In this document: piece after piece, positions 30,001 to 40,432 of the stretch
Layout: every line of letters begins with the position of its first letter
How positions within the stretch are numbered: position 1 is the stretch's first letter
The notes under the pieces: generated by a model
What the model saw: only the letters and a program-made list of their open reading frames with translations
Databases searched by the model: none
What the model was told of the DNA's origin: nothing
Translations under genes and position numbers: made by a program
DNA from: Thermoanaerobaculia bacterium
GTDB taxonomy: Bacteria; Acidobacteriota; Thermoanaerobaculia; Multivoradales; UBA5704
Assembly (NCBI GenBank): GCA_044226625.1
Contig: JBGAGQ010000019.1
Span: 1-64,000, forward strand
Length of the DNA stretch: 64,000 bases
Reading direction: 5' to 3'

Positions 30001-30282
30001 GACGGTGACGGTCCGGAGCTGCTCGGTGAGGACGGAGAACGTACCGGTGATCGCTTCGACGGTCGTGGTGGGGATCGACGGGGGCGGAGGTGTCGGCGTC
30101 ACGGGGACGACCACGGCCGGCTCCCCCAGCAGGGCCCCGCCGCAATACCCGCAGAAGCGCAACGCGTACCCCGCGGGCAACTCCGCCTTGCAGTTGGGGC
30201 AGGGGAAGGGGAGCGGCTCGCGGCAATGTCCGCAGAAGCGGAAGCCGGGGGGGTTGTCGTTATGGCAGCTGGAACACTTCAT
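27013..30282 (-). CDS. Double zinc ribbon + class III nucleotide cyclase + STAND/AAA ATPase + TPR protein
   Basis: Four CxxC pairs; TVLFCDLVGS, LGDG, VRVGIHTG, NIAARIQ; Walker A GEAGIGKS; LEDLHWVD; FRHALIQDAAY. Confidence 0.92.
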   Translation of the reverse strand: MKCSSCHNDNPPGFRFCGHCREPLPFPCPNCKAELPAGYALRFCGYCGGALLGEPAVVVPVTPTPPPPSIPTTTVEAITGTFSVLTEQLRTVTVLFCDLVGSVALADRLDPEELRDVVQSYQRACAEAVERYGGHVAQLLGDGLMAYFGYPAALEQDPQRAARAGLDIIPAVAALSAQVEARHGVGLQVRVGIHTGRGIATAMVDTRETLVVGQVSNIAARIQAIAEPGTVAISGKTYPLLRGLFDCQSLGPHELKGIAKPIEVFRVLAWRGFVSPFEAERDKGLRPLVGRRGDAEALARCLDRACEGRGQVVAVVGEAGIGKSRLVQHLRDQANGRISSWLDGRCSPFQTHSALAPIVELLQGLFGIRGDETIDASIVRLEKGLRPFGLVGEEVPLIASMIGLPIADRFPPLDLSPQRQKERTLETLVSLVLAMADKGPVIFFLEDLHWVDPSTLELLGMLVSQAPTTRLLILLTLRPDMALPWAGRAYASQITLDRLSDEEIEELILERTEGRPLPQEVLRQLIAKTDGVPLFVEELTRMVIESGLLHPIDGRYELDGPLPPLAIPATLHDSLMARLDRLASVRELVQLAAAIGREFSFDMMRAVSSQPDAELRRGLDQLVDAEILYKRGVAGAITYSFRHALIQDAAYESLLKSTRQQYHSRIARAIEERFPDVAETRPELVAQHWTEAGLAERAITYWLSAGRKAAERSANLEAIAHLERALRLCEAVALGPARDRSELDLRTMLGPALIATRGYAAPEVEANYDRARVLCTQVGDAPQLFWVLRGLWAFHLVRCSFETALEFARRMNEIALGRKDRALQFESHLCAGMPQLFLGEFAAALAEFEAGLALDSPARDRTPTFITGLDVAVTTLAISGVALWHLGRPEEAVERCTSAIRVARDVIGHPFSLADALSSAGWVHQLCNEPAQVAVLAGELLALATEKGFTNSVGLGNLQLGWALVKSGEPEHAEEGMRRMLDGLAAYRISGARLSEIYFLSLLIDAYVHLGRRDEALQAFSEARALAEILGPRFFWRAHLLCLEAELAQSEPQRAGWLYREALEVARAQGAPGLAARAESGLARLEMRA

Positions 30283-30338
30283 CGCGGATCATCCTCGCCG
30301 TCGGGTTCCCTGGGTCGCGCTCGATCGAAAAGACCCGA

Positions 30339-32636
<2,298 letters not shown>

Positions 32637-32858
32637 GTGCGGTCACCACGGAGGAGGGCGACCGGGCCTCCCCTTGGGAAAGGACCTAGACCGGACCGCG
32701 ATCTCGCTTCCGAAGCTCTGGAGCTCCTTCTTGAGCGCGGATCATAGCAGCGGAACGAGCGCTCCCCGCAGTCGCAGAAGGGGGGCCTTCGGGGCGGAAC
32801 GGAGTCAACGCAGCCAGCTCAGGCAGCGCGGTCGGTCCGTCCGCCCCGGGGGGAAGGG

Positions 32859-33893
32859 TTACTGCACTTCGCCGGTGATCAGGATCTCGAGCTTCGGAAC
32901 TTTCTGGCTGTCGGTGTTGAGCACCAGGTTGGTCGCGAACGCCCCCTTCGGCGCGTTGGGCGACAGGGTGAGCCGGATCATGTACTCCCGGCCTTCCTGG
33001 ATCGGCTCGAACACGGCCTCGAGCCCTTTGGCGGCCAAGGGGTTGTCGATCGAGGTGAGCTTGATGTCCTCGCTCGCGAAGTTGCGGACGTTCATCGTCT
33101 TGGTCAGCTTCTCCTTGAGCGCGACCTTGCCGAAGTCGCCCGACGGGGGGGTGACCGCCACCACCGGCCGGACGAAGCCGGAGATCGGAATCTGCACCAA
33201 CTTCTGTTTCGGATGGGTCGTGTGGACCGTCAGGTAGTCCGCGAGGCTTCCCACCGGGGCCGCGAAATTGTCGAGCGTCATCTCGATCTGCCACTGCTTG
33301 CCCTTGGCGTCGGGCAGCCGCTCGGTGTCGGTCGCCGGGTGGAACGTCGCCTTGATGAAGGGGAACGGCGACGAGACGCTCTCGATCGCGAAATCCGAGC
33401 CGTCCGGCGCCCAGAGGCTCTGGACGATCACGCCCGCCTTCGCCTCGCCCTGCACGGTCAGATAGCGCGCGTAGCCGGGCTTGACCTGGATGTAGGGCTC
33501 GATTTTCGCCTGGATGGTCAGCTGGATCCGCGGGTTGTCGGTGTCGCTGGTGTAGACCGTGATCCCCTTCGAGATCGGACCGTTGAAGGTCGAAGTCTCG
33601 ACCACGGCATGGACCTTCCCGGTCTGGCCCGGAGCGATCGTCTTGTCGAACTGCGCGACCGTGCAGCCACAACCCGGTTCGACGCGCTGGATCTCGAGCG
33701 CCCCCTGCCCTTCGTTCTTGATCAGGAAGTCGTGAACGATTTGCTCGCCTTTGGCGACCGTGCCGGCGTCGAAGGTCGCCTCGACCACCGTCGCCTTCGG
33801 CTTCGTGGTCGGAGTGTCCTCCGCTCGGGCCGCGAGGGCGAACGGAAGGGCGAGACAGAGCGTCAAAATGGCGCGCTTTTCCAGACGATTCAT
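32859..33893 (-). CDS. Secreted DUF1573-domain (Ig-like) protein
   Basis: Signal peptide; FDAGTV...F.IKNEG..LEI..V.PGCGCT; AAGGAG RBS before ATG 33893. Confidence 0.8.
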   Translation of the reverse strand: MNRLEKRAILTLCLALPFALAARAEDTPTTKPKATVVEATFDAGTVAKGEQIVHDFLIKNEGQGALEIQRVEPGCGCTVAQFDKTIAPGQTGKVHAVVETSTFNGPISKGITVYTSDTDNPRIQLTIQAKIEPYIQVKPGYARYLTVQGEAKAGVIVQSLWAPDGSDFAIESVSSPFPFIKATFHPATDTERLPDAKGKQWQIEMTLDNFAAPVGSLADYLTVHTTHPKQKLVQIPISGFVRPVVAVTPPSGDFGKVALKEKLTKTMNVRNFASEDIKLTSIDNPLAAKGLEAVFEPIQEGREYMIRLTLSPNAPKGAFATNLVLNTDSQKVPKLEILITGEVQ

Positions 33894-34014
33894 AGTGGCC
33901 TGCTCCTTGGCTAAAGACGTCTCGCCCAAAGGTCGAATGGGCGGATGCTACACTCTGCGGTCCCGAATCAGACCTCGTCCGCTCCGGATCTTCGACTCCA
34001 CGACGACCCCGATC

Positions 34015-35412
34015 TTGAACATTCACCTCATCGCCATCGGTGGCACGGGCATGGCGCCGCTCGCGTGCTTGCTGCAAGAGAAGGGCCACCATGTCAGCGG
34101 CTCCGACGGGCCGCTCTATCCGCCGATGAGCACGCTGCTCGAAGGGGCCGGTCTCCGCCCTCTGGTCGGCTGGAATCCCGCGCATCTCGAACCACGTCCG
34201 GACCTGGTGATCGTCGGCAACGCCGTCCGCCGCGACAATCCGGAGGTGGTCGAGGCCGAGCGGCTCGGCATCGAGCGCCTGTCGATGCCGGAGGCGCTCG
34301 CGCGCTTCTTCCTTTCCTCCAGGCGTCCGCTCGTAATCGCGGGAACCCACGGCAAGACGACCACCACGGCGCTCGCGGCTTGGGTCTATACGCAGTGCGG
34401 CCGCGACCCCGGGTATCTCGTCGGGGGAGTACCCCGGGGGCTCCCGTCGAGCTTCCACATCGGGAGCGGCGAGCGCTTCGCGATCGAAGGCGACGAATAC
34501 AACGCCTCCTTCTTCGACCGCGGCGCGAAGTTCCTCCATTACCAGCCCGAGACGCTGATCTTGACCAGCGTCGAGTACGACCACGCCGACCTCTACCCCT
34601 CGCCCGAGGCGCTCCGCGACAGCTATCGAAGGCTGATCGCTTTGTTGCCCCCGAGCGGTTGCCTGATCGCCTGCGGCGACGACCCCGAGGTTCGGGCATT
34701 GGCCGAGCAGGCGCCCTGCCGGGTGGTCCTCTACGGACTGGGCCCGGAATGCACCCTGCGGCCGCTCGAGGAGGTCGAAGCGGCCGCCGAGGGGAGCCGC
34801 TTTCGAGTGGCCGATCCGTCCGAAGGGGAGATCGAGCTCCGCCTGCGCCTCGCCGGCGAGCACAACGTATCCAACGCCCTCGCCGTCTGGGCCGCGGCGC
34901 GGCGCGACGGATTGCCGGCCTCCGAGGTCGCCGCGGCGCTCACGAGCTTCGAAGGGGTGAAACGCCGGCTCGAGGAGCTTGGCACCTTCGGCGGCATCAC
35001 CGTGGTCGACGATTTCGCCCACCATCCGACGGCGGTCGAAAAGACGCTGGGCGGCCTGGCTCAGCGCTACCCCGGCCGCCGCCTCGTCGTGCTGTTCGAG
35101 CCGCGGAGCCTCACCGCCGGACGAAGCTTCTTCTACGACCTCTACCGCAAGGCGTTCGACGTGGCCGGCCGGGTCCTCTTCGCGCCGACCTTCCACGCCG
35201 GCCGCCTCGCCGAGGGCGAACGGCTCGACTTTTCCCGCCTCGCCGAAGAGCTGAATCGCCGCGGCGTGAGCGCCGCCGCCATTTCGACCAACGCCGAGCT
35301 GCTCGCCGCCGCGCTCGCCGAGGCGCGCCCGGGTGACGTGCTGATCACCATGTCGTCCGGCTCGTTCGAAGGAATGCCCCAAAAGCTCGCCCAGGCCCTG
35401 GGAGGGCGCTAG
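34015..35412 (+). CDS. mpl: Murein peptide ligase (Mpl/MurC family)
   Basis: IHLIAIGGTGM, GSD...YPPMS, AGTHGKTTT, EGDEY..SFFDR..KF, DDFAHHPT, FEPRS; TTG start inferred. Confidence 0.85.
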   Translation: MNIHLIAIGGTGMAPLACLLQEKGHHVSGSDGPLYPPMSTLLEGAGLRPLVGWNPAHLEPRPDLVIVGNAVRRDNPEVVEAERLGIERLSMPEALARFFLSSRRPLVIAGTHGKTTTTALAAWVYTQCGRDPGYLVGGVPRGLPSSFHIGSGERFAIEGDEYNASFFDRGAKFLHYQPETLILTSVEYDHADLYPSPEALRDSYRRLIALLPPSGCLIACGDDPEVRALAEQAPCRVVLYGLGPECTLRPLEEVEAAAEGSRFRVADPSEGEIELRLRLAGEHNVSNALAVWAAARRDGLPASEVAAALTSFEGVKRRLEELGTFGGITVVDDFAHHPTAVEKTLGGLAQRYPGRRLVVLFEPRSLTAGRSFFYDLYRKAFDVAGRVLFAPTFHAGRLAEGERLDFSRLAEELNRRGVSAAAISTNAELLAAALAEARPGDVLITMSSGSFEGMPQKLAQALGGR

Positions 35413-35489
35413 AGGGCGGGCCCCCCGGGCGGGCTCGGGCGCTTCCGCGCCGCTTGCCCCGCCCCTCCCCTTGGCGCACAATACCGGCC

Positions 35490-35963
35490 GTGCGTTTCCG
35501 TCCGATCCACGGGATCATCGCGGTGGTCCTGTTCGTCGCCGTGGGCATGATCGCCGAGCTCGCCTCGACCGGGCGGCTGGGACGTTCCTCCTTCGAGCAG
35601 GTAAGCGCCGGTCCGGACCAGTCCGTGTCGATCGACGTCTCGAAGCTGGCGCCGCTCGAGGTGCGGTTCTTTCGCTATCTCAACCCGGCGAACCAGGAGG
35701 TCAAGTTCTTCGTCGGCCGCGACGGCGGCGGAACGATCCAGGTGGCGTTCGACGCGAGCGAGGTCTGTTTCAAGTCGAAGCGGGGCTTCCACCCTCAAGG
35801 CGAATGGGTGGTCTGCAACAAGTGCGACAAGGCGTTCCGGCTCGCCGGAGTGAACAACGGGCACGGGGGGTGCGAGCCGGTGCAGCTCGCCCATCGCGTC
35901 GTCGGAGATCGGGTCTTGATCGCCGAGCAAGACGTCCTCACCGGTTGGCGCTATTTCCGCTAG
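35490..35963 (+). CDS. DUF2318-like putative Fe-S membrane-anchored protein
   Basis: N-terminal TM helix; AFDASEVC...VCNKC...GGCEP; start uncertain. Confidence 0.65.
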   Translation: MRFRPIHGIIAVVLFVAVGMIAELASTGRLGRSSFEQVSAGPDQSVSIDVSKLAPLEVRFFRYLNPANQEVKFFVGRDGGGTIQVAFDASEVCFKSKRGFHPQGEWVVCNKCDKAFRLAGVNNGHGGCEPVQLAHRVVGDRVLIAEQDVLTGWRYFR

Positions 35964-36004
35964 GCTCGAAAGAAGCCCGATACAAGTTATTTGGAATCAG
36001 CGTT

Positions 36005-36034
36005 TTGACCGGAGCGGGCCGGGTGGTGTATCTT
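36005..36034 (+). promoter_or_regulatory. Putative sigma70 promoter for the mglBA operon
   Basis: TTGACC-18-TATCTT, then a GAGG RBS and ATG 36063. Confidence 0.45.
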
Positions 36035-36062
36035 CCGGCCGATCCTTTGACGAGGTCAACCG

Positions 36063-36557
36063 ATGGCTTCAGCCGATTTCATCCTCTACGAAGAGGAATA
36101 CGCGAGCTTGGAGGAGGCTCTTCGGCGTCTGCGCCAAGAGGCCAACGCCAAGGCCGTCTTCCTGATCGACAAGAACGGCCAGCAGATCGCGGCTGCGGGG
36201 GAGATCGAGCAATTCGACGCGACCTCGCTCGCCTCCTTGACGGCGGGTAACGTCGCCGCGACCGACGGCCTTGCCAAGCTCATCGGTGAGCGCGAGTTTT
36301 CGGTCCTCTTCCACGAGGGCCAGCAGGACCACATCCACATCTCGATCGTCGCGCGGCGGGCGATCCTGGTCGTCATCTTCGACGAGCGCTCGTCGCTCGG
36401 CTTGGTGCGGCTCCGGGTCAAGCGCGCGAGCGTCGATCTGGAGCGAATTTTCGAAGTCATGCTGCAGAAAGGGGAGCGAGGGGATCCTTCGGCCGGCCCC
36501 ACGAGCCCGTTTTCCGAGATCACCGACGAGGATATCGACGCTCTGTTCAGCGAGTGA
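36063..36557 (+). CDS. mglB: Roadblock/LC7 GTPase-activating protein MglB
   Basis: LIDKNGQ, SLASLTAGNVAAT, LFHEG, SLGLVRLR, ITDEDIDALF. Confidence 0.92.
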   Translation: MASADFILYEEEYASLEEALRRLRQEANAKAVFLIDKNGQQIAAAGEIEQFDATSLASLTAGNVAATDGLAKLIGEREFSVLFHEGQQDHIHISIVARRAILVVIFDERSSLGLVRLRVKRASVDLERIFEVMLQKGERGDPSAGPTSPFSEITDEDIDALFSE

Positions 36558-36641
36558 CGGCCAGGGGTTTCGCCCGGTGTCTCGGTTCTCTCGCTCCTCC
36601 ATCCGTTCGCTGTCAACGTCGCCGACCGAGGTTGTTCGAAC

Positions 36642-37226
36642 ATGACGTTCATCAATTACGCGAGCAAGGAGATCAACTGCAAGATCGTTTACTACGGGCC
36701 TGGGCTCGGTGGGAAGACGACCAACTTGCAGTACATCTACAACAAGACCTCGCCCGACTCGAAGGGCAAGATGATCTCCCTGGCCACCGAGGCGGATCGA
36801 ACCCTGTTCTTCGACTTCCTGCCGCTCGACCTCGGCAGCATCCGGGGCTTCACCACCAGGTTCCATCTCTACACGGTACCCGGGCAGGTGTTCTACGACG
36901 CGAGCCGGAAGCTGATCCTCAAAGGGGTCGACGGCGTGGTCTTCGTCGCCGACAGCCAAGAGGAGCGGATGGAGGCGAACATCGAGTCGATCCGCAACCT
37001 CGAGGCGAACCTCAAGGAGCACGGGTACGACCTGCCCACGATCCCCTACGCCCTCCAGTTCAACAAGCGGGACCTGCCCGGGGCGTTGGCGGTCGACCAG
37101 ATGTACCGGGTCCTGAACTACAAGCGCGAGCCGACGTTCGAAGCGGTGGCGACGACCGGGATCGGCGTCTTCGACACCTTGAAGTCGGTCGCCAAGCAGA
37201 TCCTGATCGAGCTGCGTAAACGATAG
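36642..37226 (+). CDS. mglA: Small Ras-like GTPase MglA
   Basis: [32 protein letters not shown]. Confidence 0.95.
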   Translation: MTFINYASKEINCKIVYYGPGLGGKTTNLQYIYNKTSPDSKGKMISLATEADRTLFFDFLPLDLGSIRGFTTRFHLYTVPGQVFYDASRKLILKGVDGVVFVADSQEERMEANIESIRNLEANLKEHGYDLPTIPYALQFNKRDLPGALAVDQMYRVLNYKREPTFEAVATTGIGVFDTLKSVAKQILIELRKR

Positions 37227-37248
37227 CCCGAGGAGACCGCCGAAGAAG

Positions 37249-37965
37249 ATGGCCAAGCGTTGGCAGAAGGAAGACCTTGCGTACCTGAAGCGCTACGGCA
37301 AGACCAAGAGCCTCGACGAGCTTGCCGAACGGTTCAAGACCGATGAAAAAACCGTGCGGGCCGCCCTGATCGAGCTGGGCGTCTTGGACGCCAAAGAGAG
37401 CGCGAAAGGGGCGAAGGAGGCCAAAGAACCGGCCAAGGAGCCGAAGGACAAGCCGGCCGCCGTCTCCGCCCCGCCGAGCGGGCCGCGCCCCGGGGCCGAT
37501 CCGTTGGTCGAGCAGCTGACCAAGGGGCTCGCCCATCTTCAGAAGCAGGAATGGTCCAAGGCCGCAGCCCAGCTCGAGAAGGTCGTCGCCGGCGATGAGC
37601 CCTCGCTCGCGGCGCGCGCGCGCCAGTTCCTGGCGATCTGCCGGCAGCGGCTGGCCGAAACCGATGGGGCTCCGGCGGCCGAGCCGGGCGATCCGTTCAT
37701 CGAAGCGGTGATGCTGCGCAACCAGGGCGACGGCCACGGAGCTCTCGAGCTCGCGCGGCGCGGTGGGCGGGACAAGAAGGACGACCGGTTCGCTTTCCTC
37801 GTGGCCTCGATCCACGCCGCCGAGGGGCGGCTCGACGAGGCGGCCAAGGCGCTCTCCCAGGCGATCGAACTGAACCCCAAGAACCGAGTCCATGCGTTCC
37901 ACGACGCCGATTTCATCGAGCTTCGCCGACACGCCGAACACCGTCAGCTCTTCGAGCTCCCCTAA
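37249..37965 (+). CDS. TPR protein with an N-terminal HTH-like segment
   Basis: W..ED.AYLK...KSLDELAERF N-terminus; TPR helices ending AIELNPKNR. Confidence 0.65.
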   Translation: MAKRWQKEDLAYLKRYGKTKSLDELAERFKTDEKTVRAALIELGVLDAKESAKGAKEAKEPAKEPKDKPAAVSAPPSGPRPGADPLVEQLTKGLAHLQKQEWSKAAAQLEKVVAGDEPSLAARARQFLAICRQRLAETDGAPAAEPGDPFIEAVMLRNQGDGHGALELARRGGRDKKDDRFAFLVASIHAAEGRLDEAAKALSQAIELNPKNRVHAFHDADFIELRRHAEHRQLFELP

Positions 37966-38986
37966 GCGCTCGCAGCACGCCGGCGGCCTCTCGCTGGTCG
38001 CCGTGGGTGGCGGTACCGGGCTTTCCGTCCTCCTGCGCGGCCTGAAGCACCACGTCGGTTCCCGGCAGCTCCGGCAGCTGACCGGGGTGGTGACGGTGAC
38101 CGACGACGGCGGCTCGTCCGGGCGGCTGCGTCGCGAGCTCGGCGTCCTGCCGCCCGGCGACATCCGCAACTGTCTGGTGGCTTTGGCCGACGACGAGGCG
38201 CTGCTCGCCCGCCTGTTCCAATATCGCTTCCCGGCGGGCGACGGTTTGCTCGGGCACTCGTTCGGCAACCTGTTCCTCACCGCGCTCACCGGCATCACGG
38301 GCGACTTCCACCAGGCGATCCTCACCGCCGAGTCGATCCTCTCGGTGCGCGGAAAGGTCTATCCGGCGACCCTCACCGACGTCGTCTTGCGGGGCCGGGG
38401 CGTCTCCGGCGCGGTCTACCAGGGCGAGTCGGAGGTCGGCGGGTCGAACGAGCCCCTGGCCGGCATCGAGATCGATCCGCCCGCCCCTCCGGCATTTCCG
38501 CCCGCGTTCTCGGCGCTCGAGCGAGCCGACCTGATCCTCCTCGGTCCCGGCTCGCTCTACACCTCGATCCTGCCGAATCTTTTGATTCCGGGGATCCGCC
38601 AGGCGATCCAGCGTGGGCGAGCCCGGGTCTTCCTGCTGCTCAACCTGATGACCCAACCGGGAGAGACCGACCGCATGATGGGCGCCGATCACCTGCGCGA
38701 GACCCAACGCTACCTCGGAGCCGGCCTGGTCCACGGCGTGCTCGCGAGCGCCACGCCGATTCCCCAACGTTGGGTCGACCATTACGCCGAGGTCGGGTCG
38801 GAGCCGGTGCGCTACGTGCGCGAGGAGCTCGAGGCGATGGGGGTCGAGGTGGTGGAAGCCGACCTGCTCGCCGACTCGGCGGGCGAGGAGTTGGTGCGCC
38901 ACGACTCGAAGAAGCTCGCCCGGGCCGCGCTCGAACTCGCGGCCCGCGGTCCCCGCCCCCAGGGCGAGGCGGGAGAGCGCCGATGA
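37892..38986 (+). CDS. yvcK: YvcK/GlmR (CofD-like) UDP-GlcNAc-binding gluconeogenesis factor
   Basis: GGGTGLS, DDGGSSGRLR, PPGDIRNC, GHSFGNL, GPGSLYTS, TQPGET, RHD; true start uncertain. Confidence 0.88.
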   Translation: MRSTTPISSSFADTPNTVSSSSSPKRSQHAGGLSLVAVGGGTGLSVLLRGLKHHVGSRQLRQLTGVVTVTDDGGSSGRLRRELGVLPPGDIRNCLVALADDEALLARLFQYRFPAGDGLLGHSFGNLFLTALTGITGDFHQAILTAESILSVRGKVYPATLTDVVLRGRGVSGAVYQGESEVGGSNEPLAGIEIDPPAPPAFPPAFSALERADLILLGPGSLYTSILPNLLIPGIRQAIQRGRARVFLLLNLMTQPGETDRMMGADHLRETQRYLGAGLVHGVLASATPIPQRWVDHYAEVGSEPVRYVREELEAMGVEVVEADLLADSAGEELVRHDSKKLARAALELAARGPRPQGEAGERR

Positions 38987-40416
38987 GCCGAGAGAATCAG
39001 GGCACCCGCGCCCGGATCGCGGTGGTCCTCGCCGCGGGGCAGGGGACGCGCATGCGCTCGGACCTGCCCAAGGTGCTCCACCGGGCGGCGGGCAAGACGC
39101 TCCTCGCCTGGGTGCTCGACGCCGCCCGGGCCGCCGACTGCGAGCGGATTCTAGTGGTCGTCGGCCATGGCGCCGATCGTGTGCGCGAGGAGCTTCAAGC
39201 CCCCGACGTCGAATGGGTGCTCCAGGCCGAGCAGCGTGGCACCGGCCATGCGCTGCAACAGATCGAGCCCTACGTCCGCTCGGACCCGGGCCACGAGGCG
39301 ACGCTGCTCGTTCTTTCGGGCGACGCGCCGCTGATCCGCCCGGCCACCTTGAATGCCCTCGCCGAGCGGTCCGAGAGCGGCGCCGCCTGGGGGGGGCTCG
39401 CGACCGCCGACCTCGCCGACCCGGGCTCGCTCGGCCGCGTGTTCGGGACGCCGGACGGCGCCCTTCACTCGATCGTCGAGGCGCGCGACGCCACTCTCGA
39501 GCAGCGCCTGGTGACGCGGGTGAACGCGGGCCTCTACGCCCTGCCGGCGCCGGAGATCTTCGAATTTCTGAAGCGGCTGCGCGCGACCAACGCCCAGGGC
39601 GAGCTCTATCTGACCGACGCCGTCACCGATGCCGCCCGCGCGGGGCACCGGGTCGAGCTCCACACGCTCGAAGACCCCTCCGAGAGCTGGGGGATCAACG
39701 ACCGACGGGAGCTCGCCCAGGCGCATCGGCGTCTGATCGACCGGCACCTCGACGACCTAATGCGCGCGGGGGTGACGATCCTCGAGCCGTCGCGCACGTC
39801 GATCGAGCCGGGGGTCGCGGTCGGTCGCGACACGGTGATCCACCCCGAGGTGTCGTTGTCCGGGGCGACGGAGGTGGGCCCGGGCTGCGAGCTACGCCAG
39901 GGCGCCTGCCTCGCCGATACGGTCCTCGCCGAAGGGGTCACGGTCGAGGCGTACAGCGTGCTCGCCGGGGCGCGGATCGAGACCGGCTGCCGCGTCGGCC
40001 CGTTCGCCCGCCTGCGGCCCGGAACGGTGCTCGGTCGCGGCGCGCGGGTCGGCAACTTCGTCGAGGTGAAGGCCTCCGATCTGGGCGCGGGCGCCAAAGC
40101 CGGGCACCTCGCCTACCTGGGCGACGCGATCGTCGGGGCCGACGTAAACATCGGGGCCGGCGTCATCACCTGCAATTACGACGGGACGTCGAAGCACCGG
40201 ACCGAGATCGGCGAGGGAAGCTTCGTCGGCAGCGACACGTTGCTCGTGGCGCCGGTCAAGATCGGCTCGAACGCCCAGACCGGCGCCGGGACCGTGGTGA
40301 CGCAGGACGTCCCCGACGGCGCGCTCGCGGTGACGCGCGTCCGCCAGAAGAATTTGGCGGGGGCGGTCGAACGTTTGAAGGGGCAGCGCCGGGCTCGGGC
40401 GGACGGCGAAGCGTAA
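38983..40416 (+). CDS. glmU: Bifunctional UDP-GlcNAc pyrophosphorylase / GlcN-1-P acetyltransferase
   Basis: LAAGQGTRMRSDLPKVLH, NAQGELYLTD, GPFARLRPG, GNFVEVK, TCNYDG; ATG 38983. Confidence 0.95.
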   Translation: MSRENQGTRARIAVVLAAGQGTRMRSDLPKVLHRAAGKTLLAWVLDAARAADCERILVVVGHGADRVREELQAPDVEWVLQAEQRGTGHALQQIEPYVRSDPGHEATLLVLSGDAPLIRPATLNALAERSESGAAWGGLATADLADPGSLGRVFGTPDGALHSIVEARDATLEQRLVTRVNAGLYALPAPEIFEFLKRLRATNAQGELYLTDAVTDAARAGHRVELHTLEDPSESWGINDRRELAQAHRRLIDRHLDDLMRAGVTILEPSRTSIEPGVAVGRDTVIHPEVSLSGATEVGPGCELRQGACLADTVLAEGVTVEAYSVLAGARIETGCRVGPFARLRPGTVLGRGARVGNFVEVKASDLGAGAKAGHLAYLGDAIVGADVNIGAGVITCNYDGTSKHRTEIGEGSFVGSDTLLVAPVKIGSNAQTGAGTVVTQDVPDGALAVTRVRQKNLAGAVERLKGQRRARADGEA

Positions 40417-40432
40417 GCAAGGAGCGGGAACC

